NCBI GenBank assembly: GCA_937898155.1
Contig: CALEJO010000205.1
Location: forward strand, 1 to 29,126
DNA length: 29,126 bases
Source: an uncultured Clostridia bacterium
GTDB taxonomy: Bacteria; Bacillota; Clostridia; Oscillospirales; CAG-272
Direction of reading: 5' to 3'
The notes beneath the pieces are model-generated. The model did no database searches. It worked only from the letters and a program-made list of their open reading frames with translations, and had not been told where the DNA came from. Position 1 is the stretch's first letter, and each line of letters starts with the position of its first letter. Position numbers and translations under genes: made by a program. Positions 7,745 through 17,381 of this stretch are shown here, in pieces.

Positions 7745-10162
7745 TTAAGATTCTCCTTTTCCTTTTTTCTTTTTCATGATCACGACCACGACACAGACCG
7801 CCGCGACGGCGACGACTGCTACGATGCCGACGATCAGACCGATCGGCGCGCCCGACGTCGGCTCGTCAGAGCCTGTCGTTTCGTCCGTCGCTTCGGTGCC
7901 GATCGTGGTTTCTGTCGTTTCGACGGGCGGATCGGTGGTTTCCGTCGTTTCAACGGGTGCGTTCGAAATCCATTTCGCCCACAACGTCAACCCGTCGAGG
8001 TCTTCGATCACTTTATCGAAATCATAGGCGACCGTGCACGCTTCGTCGGTAAACCAACCGTCGAACGTATAGCCGGCTTTATCCTCGATCGCGGGCACTT
8101 CAAATGTGCTACCGATCTCGGAAGCGAAGGTCGCGCCGTAAAGCGGCGTCGCGTTCGCAAGCGTCAGAATCGCCGCGCTTCCCTCGGGAATCCATTTGGC
8201 GAAGATCAGATAGTCTTCCAGCTCCGTCTGCGTCGAATTCAGGTCAAAGCGCTCGGTGAACGCCTCGTCCTTATACCAACCGCCGAACACGTAGCCGAAC
8301 TTCGCGCCCGTGCTGGTCATCGACTTCGTCACGGAGACGGGGATCAGCTCGCCCGGGTGGAGCTTGACGTTGTAGGAACGCTCCGCGTCAGTCTTGCCCA
8401 TAAAGAGATGCGCGATGTAATAGTCACGCGGCACGTATTCCGCCGCGGTATAGCCGGTCGTCTGCTTTTCGGTGCGACCGCTCTTGCCCTCGGCAAATGC
8501 CGTGCAGAAATATTTTGTGCTACTCGACAGACCGCTGAATGTATAGGTGAATACGCCATATTCATCGGGCTTCAAATGCACCGTCACCGCGTTCTTATCG
8601 TCCGCGGGATTCACCTTGGAGGAGAAAATCAGACCGCAATCGGTCAGATTGCCACCGTTGAGGTCCTTGATGACGCCGCGGAATGTCAGCGAATCCGTCG
8701 TTTTGGCGTCGGACGTGATGATGACCGTCGGTGCCAGTGCCGTCGCGCCCGTCACTTTGACCTGCATTTCCGTGCCGCGATCGCTGAGAACCTCGATGCC
8801 GAGCCGGAACGCATCCGCTTCGTCACCGAAGAGCTGCGTATACGCGATACCGCTGATCGGGAACTTATATTTCGTGCTGTCGAACATATAATAGCTGTCC
8901 GTCGTCATTCCGGCGCTGCGGTAGAAGCCGTAGGGGGAAGAAAGCCCGTTCGTGCCGAGCGGAATGTCGCCGGGATCGTGTCCCTCGCCCTCGCTGTTCA
9001 CACGGCCGGAGGCGATCGCCAGCTCGTCGATATGCCAGATCTGAATCCCTTTCGCGCCGTCGGCGATCCCATCGAAATGGTCGGTCGTCGTGCCGTAGCG
9101 GTTCTCCACAAGGTAATATTCCGCAGGATTCGGCGTATTGATCTTCAAAATGTTATAGGCGCCCTCTTTGCTCTGGCGGGAATACAGCGTATATGTGCCG
9201 TCGAGCACCGTGGTCGCTCTCTCAAATCCGAGGTCCACCATATCATAGGGGTCCATATATGCCGGCGAGGTGCCGTTCGGCTCGCCCGAGTAGGCACTGT
9301 GGCTTCCGCTCGCCATCAGCGTCAGGTTCGACGCGTAGTTCCACGTTTTGCCGTCATTGTTCTTATCCACGTCGTAAAGGTCCGGCGCGCCGAGAAAGTG
9401 ACCGAGCTCATGCGCGAGCGTGCCGACGTTCGCAATCACTTTGCCATTCGCGTTGTTATATTCGCCGATGCGGACAAACCCCGCGCCCTGCACGCCGACG
9501 CCGTCCAGCGTCGCGCCGGAGCCGGTCGTATAATGCGCGTGCACGCAAAAGACGTTCAAATCGTCCCCGCCATAGCCGGAGGAATACTCATAGCCGCCGC
9601 AAACGTAAACGATCGCCAGCTCACGCAGGTTGAGCTTTTTGTTTCCGTCGAGGTCGAGCAACGTATAATCGACAAATTCGTCCGTCGCTTTCAGTGCCGC
9701 CACGCGGGAATTATAGTCCTCATCGGACTGACCGCCCGTAGCTTTATACGGATGCTCGTTCGGGATCGTCACCGTGACGATGCCATCGTTCGCGGTGCCG
9801 CTCGTTTCGGGGCACGGCGTGAAGCAGAATTTCCCGCCCGTCAATTCTTCATAGTAAGTTTTCAGCGTCTTTCCCGTCGTGCCGAAGCAGCGCTCTGCCC
9901 ATTCGGCATCGTCCGAGTGACACCATTGTTCGCCCGTGCTTTTGGCGTTGTTCGCGTTGCCGGAATCGTCCACGCCGTCACCGTTCACGTCAAAATTGAT
10001 CTTGATGACGAGAAGCGGAATCGGATCGTATCCGCTCGCGAGCGTTTTCAGCTCCGTGATCTCCCACGTCTCGTCCGCCTGCACGCTGATCGCCGGCACA
10101 AGCAGAAGCGTCAGACAAAGACAAAGGAACACCGCGGTGATTTTTCTCATTTTGTTTTTCAT
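7745..10162 (-). CDS. Secreted, membrane-anchored M6-family metalloprotease with InlB B-repeats (paralog of the downstream gene)
   Basis: Signal peptide; GTLAHELGHFLGAPDLY; TLMASG; EYYLVENR; GIQIWHID; B-repeats FGGWYKD and FDGWFTD; TM helix and basic tail; GGAGG RBS. Confidence 0.85.
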   Translation of the reverse strand: MKNKMRKITAVFLCLCLTLLLVPAISVQADETWEITELKTLASGYDPIPLLVIKINFDVNGDGVDDSGNANNAKSTGEQWCHSDDAEWAERCFGTTGKTLKTYYEELTGGKFCFTPCPETSGTANDGIVTVTIPNEHPYKATGGQSDEDYNSRVAALKATDEFVDYTLLDLDGNKKLNLRELAIVYVCGGYEYSSGYGGDDLNVFCVHAHYTTGSGATLDGVGVQGAGFVRIGEYNNANGKVIANVGTLAHELGHFLGAPDLYDVDKNNDGKTWNYASNLTLMASGSHSAYSGEPNGTSPAYMDPYDMVDLGFERATTVLDGTYTLYSRQSKEGAYNILKINTPNPAEYYLVENRYGTTTDHFDGIADGAKGIQIWHIDELAIASGRVNSEGEGHDPGDIPLGTNGLSSPYGFYRSAGMTTDSYYMFDSTKYKFPISGIAYTQLFGDEADAFRLGIEVLSDRGTEMQVKVTGATALAPTVIITSDAKTTDSLTFRGVIKDLNGGNLTDCGLIFSSKVNPADDKNAVTVHLKPDEYGVFTYTFSGLSSSTKYFCTAFAEGKSGRTEKQTTGYTAAEYVPRDYYIAHLFMGKTDAERSYNVKLHPGELIPVSVTKSMTSTGAKFGYVFGGWYKDEAFTERFDLNSTQTELEDYLIFAKWIPEGSAAILTLANATPLYGATFASEIGSTFEVPAIEDKAGYTFDGWFTDEACTVAYDFDKVIEDLDGLTLWAKWISNAPVETTETTDPPVETTETTIGTEATDETTGSDEPTSGAPIGLIVGIVAVVAVAAVCVVVVIMKKKKGKGES

Positions 10163-10547
10163 AGAACCTCCCTCACCTTTCGCAAGTGATCAAAAAAACA
10201 AAAAGGATCAAAGATAAAACAGAACGGAAATACATCCGAGAATCAAAAGCGCGGCAAGCACGCCGCACACCACCCGCACCAGTATTTTTTTCGTTTCCTG
10301 CTTCATTTCGATCCATCTCCGGAGAAATATTATGTAATAAATATAGAAAATCTCTTTTCTTTTTTCATTAAGTATGATATACTCAATCTATACTTACTAC
10401 ACGGTTTCAGTATACTTCATTTTTACGAAAATGTCAATTCAAAAGTCTTTTTTTTGAGATTTTTAGCGAATTTATCAAAAAAGAAAACGCGGGATTGTCG
10501 AATATCGCCAATCGCGCGGTAAACAAGATCGAAAAGGAGAAGTTCCG

Positions 10548-11150
10548 ATGGCAAAAAACGAATGGAAGGGCGGCGCCCTGCTCGCACCCCTGCCGCCGAC
10601 GATGGTATCCTGCGCGATGCCGGACGGCAAACCGAATATCATCACCGTCGCGTGGACGGGAATCCTCGCCACGCATCCGCCGAAAACCTATATTTCCGTG
10701 CGGCCGCAACGCTATTCGTATCCGATCATCCGCGACAGCGGCGAGTTCGTCATCAATCTGCCGTCGGCGGAAATGATCCGCGCCGCCGACCTCTGCGGCA
10801 TGAAAACGGGACGGAAAATCGACAAATTCGCCGTTTGCCGCCTCACGCCGGAGCCGCTGGACGGCTTCGTCGCACCCGCGATCGCGGAGGCGCCGCTTTC
10901 GATTTTCTGCCGCGTGGACGAGATCATTCCGCTCGGCACGCACGATATGTTTCTCGCCTCGATCGAGCGCGTGCTGGTGGACAATTCCCTGCTCGACGCG
11001 GACGGCGCACTTCATATGGAACGCGCGTCACTCGCCGCGTATGCGCACGGCGACTATTTCGCCCTCGGCAAAAAGCTCGGCACGTTCGGCTTCTCCGTCG
11101 CCAAAAAGAAAAAACGCGGCGCCCCGCCGCGTCCCGCGTCCAAAAAATAA
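10548..11150 (+). CDS. Flavin reductase family protein
   Basis: P.PPTMVSC, NIITVAWTG, ISVRPQRYS, EFVINLP, CGMKTGR.IDKF and LGTHDMF; AAGGAG RBS. Confidence 0.9.
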   Translation: MAKNEWKGGALLAPLPPTMVSCAMPDGKPNIITVAWTGILATHPPKTYISVRPQRYSYPIIRDSGEFVINLPSAEMIRAADLCGMKTGRKIDKFAVCRLTPEPLDGFVAPAIAEAPLSIFCRVDEIIPLGTHDMFLASIERVLVDNSLLDADGALHMERASLAAYAHGDYFALGKKLGTFGFSVAKKKKRGAPPRPASKK

Positions 11151-11154
11151 GGAA

Positions 11155-11184
11155 AAACGGCACGACCGCGCGGTCGTGCCGTTT
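11155..11184. terminator. Perfect 30-bp palindrome, bidirectional terminator
   Basis: AAACGGCACGACCGC|GCGGTCGTGCCGTTT between convergent stops at 11150 and 11193. Confidence 0.8.
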
Positions 11185-11192
11185 CGTATTTC

Positions 11193-11525
11193 TCAAAGCG
11201 CGAGCAAAAGCACCGACATCAGCGACGCGCAGGAGAGCGCGCTGATCATTCCCGCCGTGCCCGGGGCGCGGCGATACAGCCGGATCATCGGACGGGCGAC
11301 GGTCGCCGCCGCTTTCGCCGCGAGGTCGCAGAGAAACGCAAACGGCAGAAGCAGAAGCATCAAAAGCCCGAGGAGCGTCTTTTTCGTGCGGCGCACGGCA
11401 GTCTTCTGACGGAGCGTTTTCGCGGGCGCGACGGGACGGACCGCCTCATGCGGTCTCTGCGGGCAAACCACTTCATAGGAATAGACCTGGCACCCGTCAA
11501 TTTCTCTGATATCACAAGCGACCAT
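11193..11525 (-). CDS. Small hypothetical membrane protein (110 aa, two hydrophobic segments)
   Basis: GGAGG RBS; consensus promoter directly upstream; basic central region followed by LLGLLMLLLLPFAFLC and a C-terminal hydrophobic stretch. Confidence 0.65.
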   Translation of the reverse strand: MVACDIREIDGCQVYSYEVVCPQRPHEAVRPVAPAKTLRQKTAVRRTKKTLLGLLMLLLLPFAFLCDLAAKAAATVARPMIRLYRRAPGTAGMISALSCASLMSVLLLAL

Positions 11526-11567
11526 AACGAACCTCCGTTTTTACCGTTCGGGATTGTTTCTGCGCCT

Positions 11568-11596
11568 ATTATACTACCGTTCACGGTAATTGTCAA
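11568..11596 (-). promoter_or_regulatory. Perfect sigma-A promoter with a palindromic operator in the spacer
   Basis: TTGACA (11596-11591)-N17-TATAAT (11573-11568); palindrome TACCGT-tc-ACGGTA at 11575-11588 lies inside the spacer. Confidence 0.85.
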
Positions 11597-11647
11597 GTGG
11601 TTTTTCAAAAAAAATTACCTTTTTTTATAAAAATTTTCAAAAAGCCC

Positions 11648-11697
11648 TTTACAAACGGGAAAATTTGTGATATGATTTTACCGTAAACGATAAAATC
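11648..11697 (+). promoter_or_regulatory. Sigma-A promoter of the repressor gene with overlapping operator
   Basis: TTTACA-N17-TATGAT with extended TG. A 24-bp palindrome GATTTTACCGT-aa-ACGATAAAATC (11674-11697, one mismatch) covers the predicted start site. Confidence 0.75.
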
Positions 11698-11715
11698 GAA
11701 CGATCGGAGGACGTC

Positions 11716-12435
11716 ATGGACTGGCTCGAACGCATCAAAACGCTGAAAAAAGAAAAAGGATTTACCAACGACACGCTCGCGGAGCGCTCGGGGATTCCGC
11801 TCGGCACGCTCAATAAGCTCCTCAGCGGCGCGTCATCCGATCCGAAGCTTTCAACGCTCGTGCCGCTCGCCGAAGTGCTCGGTTGCTCGATGGACGAACT
11901 GCTCGGTCGCGCCGAACCGCAAAGCAGCGCCCTGCCCGCCGATCTCGCGGAGCAATACGCGGAGCTTGACGACGAGGGACGCACCGCGGTCTCGCGATTG
12001 ATCGAAAAGGAATACACCCGCGTGATGCAGGCGCGCGAAGACAAGCCCTACGCGCTCGATCTTCCGCAGATCCGCCGCATCCGGCTTTACAATACGGCGG
12101 TCTCTGCCGGCACGGGCTCGTTCCTCGCCGACGGCGACTATACGGAAATCCCGATCTACGCCAACGAAAAAACCGACGCCGCGGACTTCGCCGTGCGCGT
12201 TTACGGCAACAGTATGCAGCCGCGCTACGCGGACGGAGACATTTTGCTCGTTTCCAAGTCCGACGAGATCGACGTCGGCGAGCTCGGCATTTTCGCCTTG
12301 AACGGCGAAAGCTATTTCAAAAAATTCGGCGGCGACCGGCTCATTTCGCTCAATCCCGATTATCGCGACATTCGTATCGGCAAGGACGATGAAATCCTCT
12401 GCTTCGGCAGAGTCATCGGGCGGCTCAAAAAGTAA
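11716..12435 (+). CDS. XRE-family HTH repressor with S24 autopeptidase domain (LexA/CI-like)
   Basis: N-terminal HTH (LAERSGIPLGTLNKLLSG...PKLSTL); VSAG cleavage site; GNSM serine; YFKKF lysine; LISLNPDY.DI; GGAGG RBS. Confidence 0.9.
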   Translation: MDWLERIKTLKKEKGFTNDTLAERSGIPLGTLNKLLSGASSDPKLSTLVPLAEVLGCSMDELLGRAEPQSSALPADLAEQYAELDDEGRTAVSRLIEKEYTRVMQAREDKPYALDLPQIRRIRLYNTAVSAGTGSFLADGDYTEIPIYANEKTDAADFAVRVYGNSMQPRYADGDILLVSKSDEIDVGELGIFALNGESYFKKFGGDRLISLNPDYRDIRIGKDDEILCFGRVIGRLKK

Positions 12436-12455
12436 ACTTCTCCTTTTTTATCTTT

Positions 12456-13793
12456 TTATTTTGGCGGAAGCGGCAGGCACAGACCTGCCGCTTCCGTTTC
12501 TGTCCGCACTTCCCGTCTGAGCCAAACGACGGCGGCGAGGTTCAGCGCCGTCATCAGCGCGACGGACAAATCCGAAAAGAGCCACACCGCGCCCTGCGAA
12601 AGCCAGACGCCGCCCGCGATCATGGCACAGTAAACGCCAAGATACGCCGTGCCGACGCGGCGCGACGGGAAGAGATAGCCGACGCAGAGCTTGCCGTAAT
12701 ACGCCCAGCAGATCACCGTCGAAACGGCGAAAAGCAGGATTGCCGCGCTGAGAAACAGCGCCGCGAACTTGCCGTAAACGCGCGAAAACGACCAAATGAC
12801 AAGGTGCATTCCGTTTTCCGTGATCCATTCCCCGTCGCGGGCGAGCAGGATCACGAGCGCCGTCATCGTGCAAATGACGATCGTATCGAAAAACACCTCG
12901 AAAATGCCGAGAAGTCCTTGCTTGGCGGGGATTTTCGTATCCGCGCCCGCGTGCGCCATCGGCGCGGTGCCACCGCCCGCCTCGTGCGAAAACGCGCCCT
13001 TCGCCACACCGTGACGCATCGCGCGGTTGCCGAGAAACCCCGCCACGCCGCCCGCCGTCGCGTGGGGCGCGAACGCGTCGGAAACGATCTCCCGAAAGAT
13101 TGCCGGCACGCGGGAAGCGTCGGCGAGGATCGCCCGCAGGCAGAGGAGCAGATACGCCGCGCTGACGAGCGGCACGAGGATCGCCGTGCATTTTGAGATC
13201 TTCTCATACCCGCCGAAGACGAGGAGCGCGCAAAGGAGCGCCGTCACCGCGCCGAACACCGCGCGCGGCACGCAAAATGTCTGCTCCGCGGCATCCGCCG
13301 CCGCGTTCATCTGCACGAAATTGCCCATCGAAAACGCCGAGACCGCGCCGACGGCGGCAAAGACCGCCGCCATTCCCCTGCCCGTTTTGCCGCCGATCCC
13401 GTCGCGCATATAAAACATCGGGCCGCCGTAGCCGCCGTCCTTTCCCGTCTGCCGATATCGCATCGCCAGCACGATCTCCGCGTATTTCAGCACCATCGCG
13501 CAGAGCGCCGACACCCACATCCAAAAGACCGCGCCCGCCCCGCCGAGCGTCAGCGCCACCGCCACGCCGACGATATTGCCCACGCCGAGCGTGCCCGCGA
13601 GGGAGACCGACAGCGCACGAAGCGGCGATACCCTGCCGCGCCCCTGCCGCGACAGCGCAAATGACGCCGTCCGACGCGGATGCGTCCAGAAAAAGCCGCG
13701 CAGATACCACAAAAACCACAGCCCGCATCCGATCAGCAAAAGCGGAAGCATCACGCCGATCCCCGCGTCAAGCATCCTCCGAATCCACATCAA
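12456..13793 (-). CDS. Alanine/glycine:cation symporter (AGCS family)
   Basis: LAGTLGVGNIVGVAVAL..GGAGAVFWMW, GGPMFYM, GAFSHEAGGGTAPMAH and EVFFDTIVICTMTAL motifs. Start may be the ATG at 13790. Confidence 0.92.
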   Translation of the reverse strand: MMWIRRMLDAGIGVMLPLLLIGCGLWFLWYLRGFFWTHPRRTASFALSRQGRGRVSPLRALSVSLAGTLGVGNIVGVAVALTLGGAGAVFWMWVSALCAMVLKYAEIVLAMRYRQTGKDGGYGGPMFYMRDGIGGKTGRGMAAVFAAVGAVSAFSMGNFVQMNAAADAAEQTFCVPRAVFGAVTALLCALLVFGGYEKISKCTAILVPLVSAAYLLLCLRAILADASRVPAIFREIVSDAFAPHATAGGVAGFLGNRAMRHGVAKGAFSHEAGGGTAPMAHAGADTKIPAKQGLLGIFEVFFDTIVICTMTALVILLARDGEWITENGMHLVIWSFSRVYGKFAALFLSAAILLFAVSTVICWAYYGKLCVGYLFPSRRVGTAYLGVYCAMIAGGVWLSQGAVWLFSDLSVALMTALNLAAVVWLRREVRTETEAAGLCLPLPPK

Positions 13794-13823
13794 ACGATCC
13801 TCTCTTTCCGCGTCATTCCTTTG

Positions 13824-13853
13824 ATTTTATGCGCGCGGAATCGCCGCGTATGA
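13824..13853 (-). promoter_or_regulatory. Possible sigma-E-type promoter for the AGCS symporter
   Basis: TCATA-N17-CATAAAAT on the minus strand just upstream of the gene, resembling the spoIIID promoter. Confidence 0.4.
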
Positions 13854-13954
13854 CGCCGGACGCCGAATTCGTCCTTTTTCGACGGATTTTAGCACTCGCA
13901 TCCCCGACGAATTATGAATTCCTTGTAAAAATTTAATTATTTTTCAAAAAACCC

Positions 13955-14022
13955 TTGATTTTTTCCGCAAATCGGTATAGAATAAAGCGTGGAAATTAGC
14001 ACTCGAAACTTCGAAGTGCCAA
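13955..14022 (+). promoter_or_regulatory. groE sigma-A promoter plus CIRCE (HrcA operator)
   Basis: TTGATT-N17-TAGAAT (13955-13983); TTAGCACTC-N9-AAGTGCCAA (13996-14022) versus the consensus TTAGCACTC-N9-GAGTGCTAA. Confidence 0.9.
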
Positions 14023-14069
14023 ATTTGATGGATTCCAATTCACATAAATCGAAACAGGAGGCAAATTTC

Positions 14070-14354
14070 ATGAAACTCAAACCCTTATCCGACCGCGTCG
14101 TCGTCAAGATGGTCGAGGCGGAAGAAACCACGAAGAGCGGCATCATTCTCGCCGCGTCCGCCAAAGAGAAGCCGCAGGTCGCGGAAGTGATCGCGGTCGG
14201 TCCCGGCGCGGAAAAAGACGGAAAGCTCATTCCGATGTCCGTGAAGCCCGGCGACAAAGTCATCACGAGCAAATATTCCGGCACCGAAATCAAGATCGAC
14301 GGCGTTGAATATATTATCGTATCGCAAAACGACATTCTTGCGATCGTAGACTAA
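14070..14354 (+). CDS. groES: Co-chaperonin GroES
   Basis: MKLKPLSDRVVVK...TKSGIIL...KEKPQ.AEV.AVGPG...KYSGTEIK; AGGAGG RBS before the ATG at 14070. Confidence 0.98.
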   Translation: MKLKPLSDRVVVKMVEAEETTKSGIILAASAKEKPQVAEVIAVGPGAEKDGKLIPMSVKPGDKVITSKYSGTEIKIDGVEYIIVSQNDILAIVD

Positions 14355-14360
14355 ATTTAG

Positions 14361-16004
<1,644 letters not shown>

Positions 16005-16091
16005 TCCAACCCGAAAAAGGGGCTGTGGCTGATGCCACCGCCACATAAGGAAGTATTTTGAAAATACTTGTGGCAAGGTATAAAGCGGTCG

Positions 16092-16131
16092 AAAGGAGAC
16101 AGAAACCATTCGTTTGGTGACTGTCTCCTTT
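16092..16131 (+). terminator. Element-borne intrinsic terminator downstream of groEL
   Basis: AAAGGAGACAG-aa-ACCA-ttcgtt-TGGT-ga-CTGTCTCCTTT followed by a T-rich tract. Confidence 0.7.
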
Positions 16132-16222
16132 TGATTTTGAAAAAAACCTTCTCACACATTTGTCTTTTCTCCGGCATTGAGATAAAATAATGGTGCAATC
16201 AAAAATGCAGGAGGAAAACATT

Positions 16223-16261
16223 ATGGAAATCACTTACACAGAGAAAAACGGCATTGGTTGA
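16223..16261 (+). pseudogene. Truncated tnpV-like gene stub (MEITYTEKNGIG*)
   Basis: TTGTCT-N17-TAAAAT promoter (16160-16188) and an AGGAGG RBS lead to only 12 codons. These resemble the TnpV start (compare GTYHEENGYLYP in the 947-1321 gene). Confidence 0.55.
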
Positions 16262-16293
16262 TTATAGTATTAACCAAAACATCCAAATTAAAA

Positions 16294-16326
16294 GCCGAGA
16301 GCGACCAAACGATTGCTCTCGGCGAT
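16294..16326 (+). repeat. 33-bp hairpin repeat, copy 1 (also a plausible terminator of the methyltransferase gene)
   Basis: GCCGAGAGCGACCAAACGATTGCTCTCGGCGAT, 30/33 identical to 17349-17381. Confidence 0.85.
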
Positions 16327-16338
16327 GTTGTTATATAT

Positions 16339-17238
16339 TTATTTTTCAAACACAAGAATGCTACCTAATTTTTCATCCATCAGTCGCTTGTAAAATTTGA
16401 ATCCAACGGCTCTTAACAGCTCTTCTACACCTTCGGCAGACGTGTACATTCTTATTTGCTTTGCCCAATATATCATTTCTTCCTCGGAGAAGCCGTATTG
16501 TTCAAATCTTGCATACGCTTGCATTTTATTAGTATTCAAGCAGTGCAAAACGATTTTTCCTTCGGGCATTAATACCCTATACGCTTCCTCTATGATTGTA
16601 GGAATTTCTCGACATTCTTCCAAACCTGCGTTAGAGTATACTGAGGTAAACATACAATCTTCAAAAGGCAGTTTCCATAGCGATGTAGCAATACCTAATC
16701 CGCTTATGTTATAGTATTTAGCAAGAGCATCAGCATTTTTTGCACAGACAAAATCTATATCAACACCCATATAATAATCGTGAGGTGTCATTTCTCTCAT
16801 CACCGCGTTCGTTCCACCGCCCGCACCTATCGTGAGTTCAAGAATACGATTCTCTTGTTGATGTAGAATACTATCCGTGTAGAATTTCCAAAATGAAGGA
16901 TTATTTTCTTGCCATTTTGACGCTTGTTTGGCTTTTTGTTCTCCATTATCGATTTTAGAACTTATAGAAATAGCCTTAATCATCGAATTTGTATCAATAT
17001 CATCACTAAGCTCATTCCTGCCCGAAATCCAAAAAGGCTGCCCAACCTTTGCATAGTTTTCTAATCGACGAATGAATTCTGCTTTATTTGGGATAACCGA
17101 CTTGAAAAACGATTCTTGATTCTTATGGTAATTTTCAAAATCGTGTGGATAAAATCTATCGCTATTCTGCTTTGTAAAGGTCTTTAAGACATCAATATCA
17201 TCCCAAAACAAAACTTCATCCAACGCATTCAAAATCAT
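16339..17238 (-). CDS. Class I SAM-dependent methyltransferase
   Basis: RILELTIGAGGG (motif I), YMGVDID, LPFEDCMFTSVYS and EAYRVLMPEGKIV motifs; AAGGAG RBS; AT-rich codon usage. Confidence 0.85.
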   Translation of the reverse strand: MILNALDEVLFWDDIDVLKTFTKQNSDRFYPHDFENYHKNQESFFKSVIPNKAEFIRRLENYAKVGQPFWISGRNELSDDIDTNSMIKAISISSKIDNGEQKAKQASKWQENNPSFWKFYTDSILHQQENRILELTIGAGGGTNAVMREMTPHDYYMGVDIDFVCAKNADALAKYYNISGLGIATSLWKLPFEDCMFTSVYSNAGLEECREIPTIIEEAYRVLMPEGKIVLHCLNTNKMQAYARFEQYGFSEEEMIYWAKQIRMYTSAEGVEELLRAVGFKFYKRLMDEKLGSILVFEK

Positions 17239-17267
17239 CTGCCAGCACTCCTTTTTTGATTTGATAA

Positions 17268-17328
17268 ATTATAACATATTAATTATGCAAATACAAGACT
17301 TGATTTTTTACCGATTTTGTGGTATAAT
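17268..17328. promoter_or_regulatory. Back-to-back sigma-A promoters
   Basis: Minus strand: TTGTAT-N17-TATAAT (17296-17268) toward the methyltransferase. Plus strand: TTGATT-N17-TATAAT (17300-17328) toward the element's right end. Both have an extended TG. Confidence 0.75.
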
Positions 17329-17348
17329 ATATGTGTAAAAAGTTCACC

Positions 17349-17381
17349 GCCGAGAGCGACCAAATGGTTGCTCCCGGCGAT
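17349..17381 (+). repeat. 33-bp hairpin repeat, copy 2
   Basis: GCCGAGAGCGACCAAATGGTTGCTCCCGGCGAT, same orientation as copy 1. Confidence 0.85.

Noticed and set aside
5312..10189. 1625-aa ORF on the + strand
   Set aside because: Antisense shadow of the two M6 protease genes. It stays open because of their codon bias and because they abut in the same frame. It has no RBS or recognisable motifs.
10496..10502. Perfect Spo0A box TGTCGAA upstream of the flavin reductase
   Set aside because: A single 7-mer is expected by chance in a window this size, and there is no supporting second box.
13989..14069. 27-aa N-terminal extension of GroES in the ORF track
   Set aside because: It overlaps the CIRCE operator and 5' UTR; the AGGAGG RBS points to the ATG at 14070.
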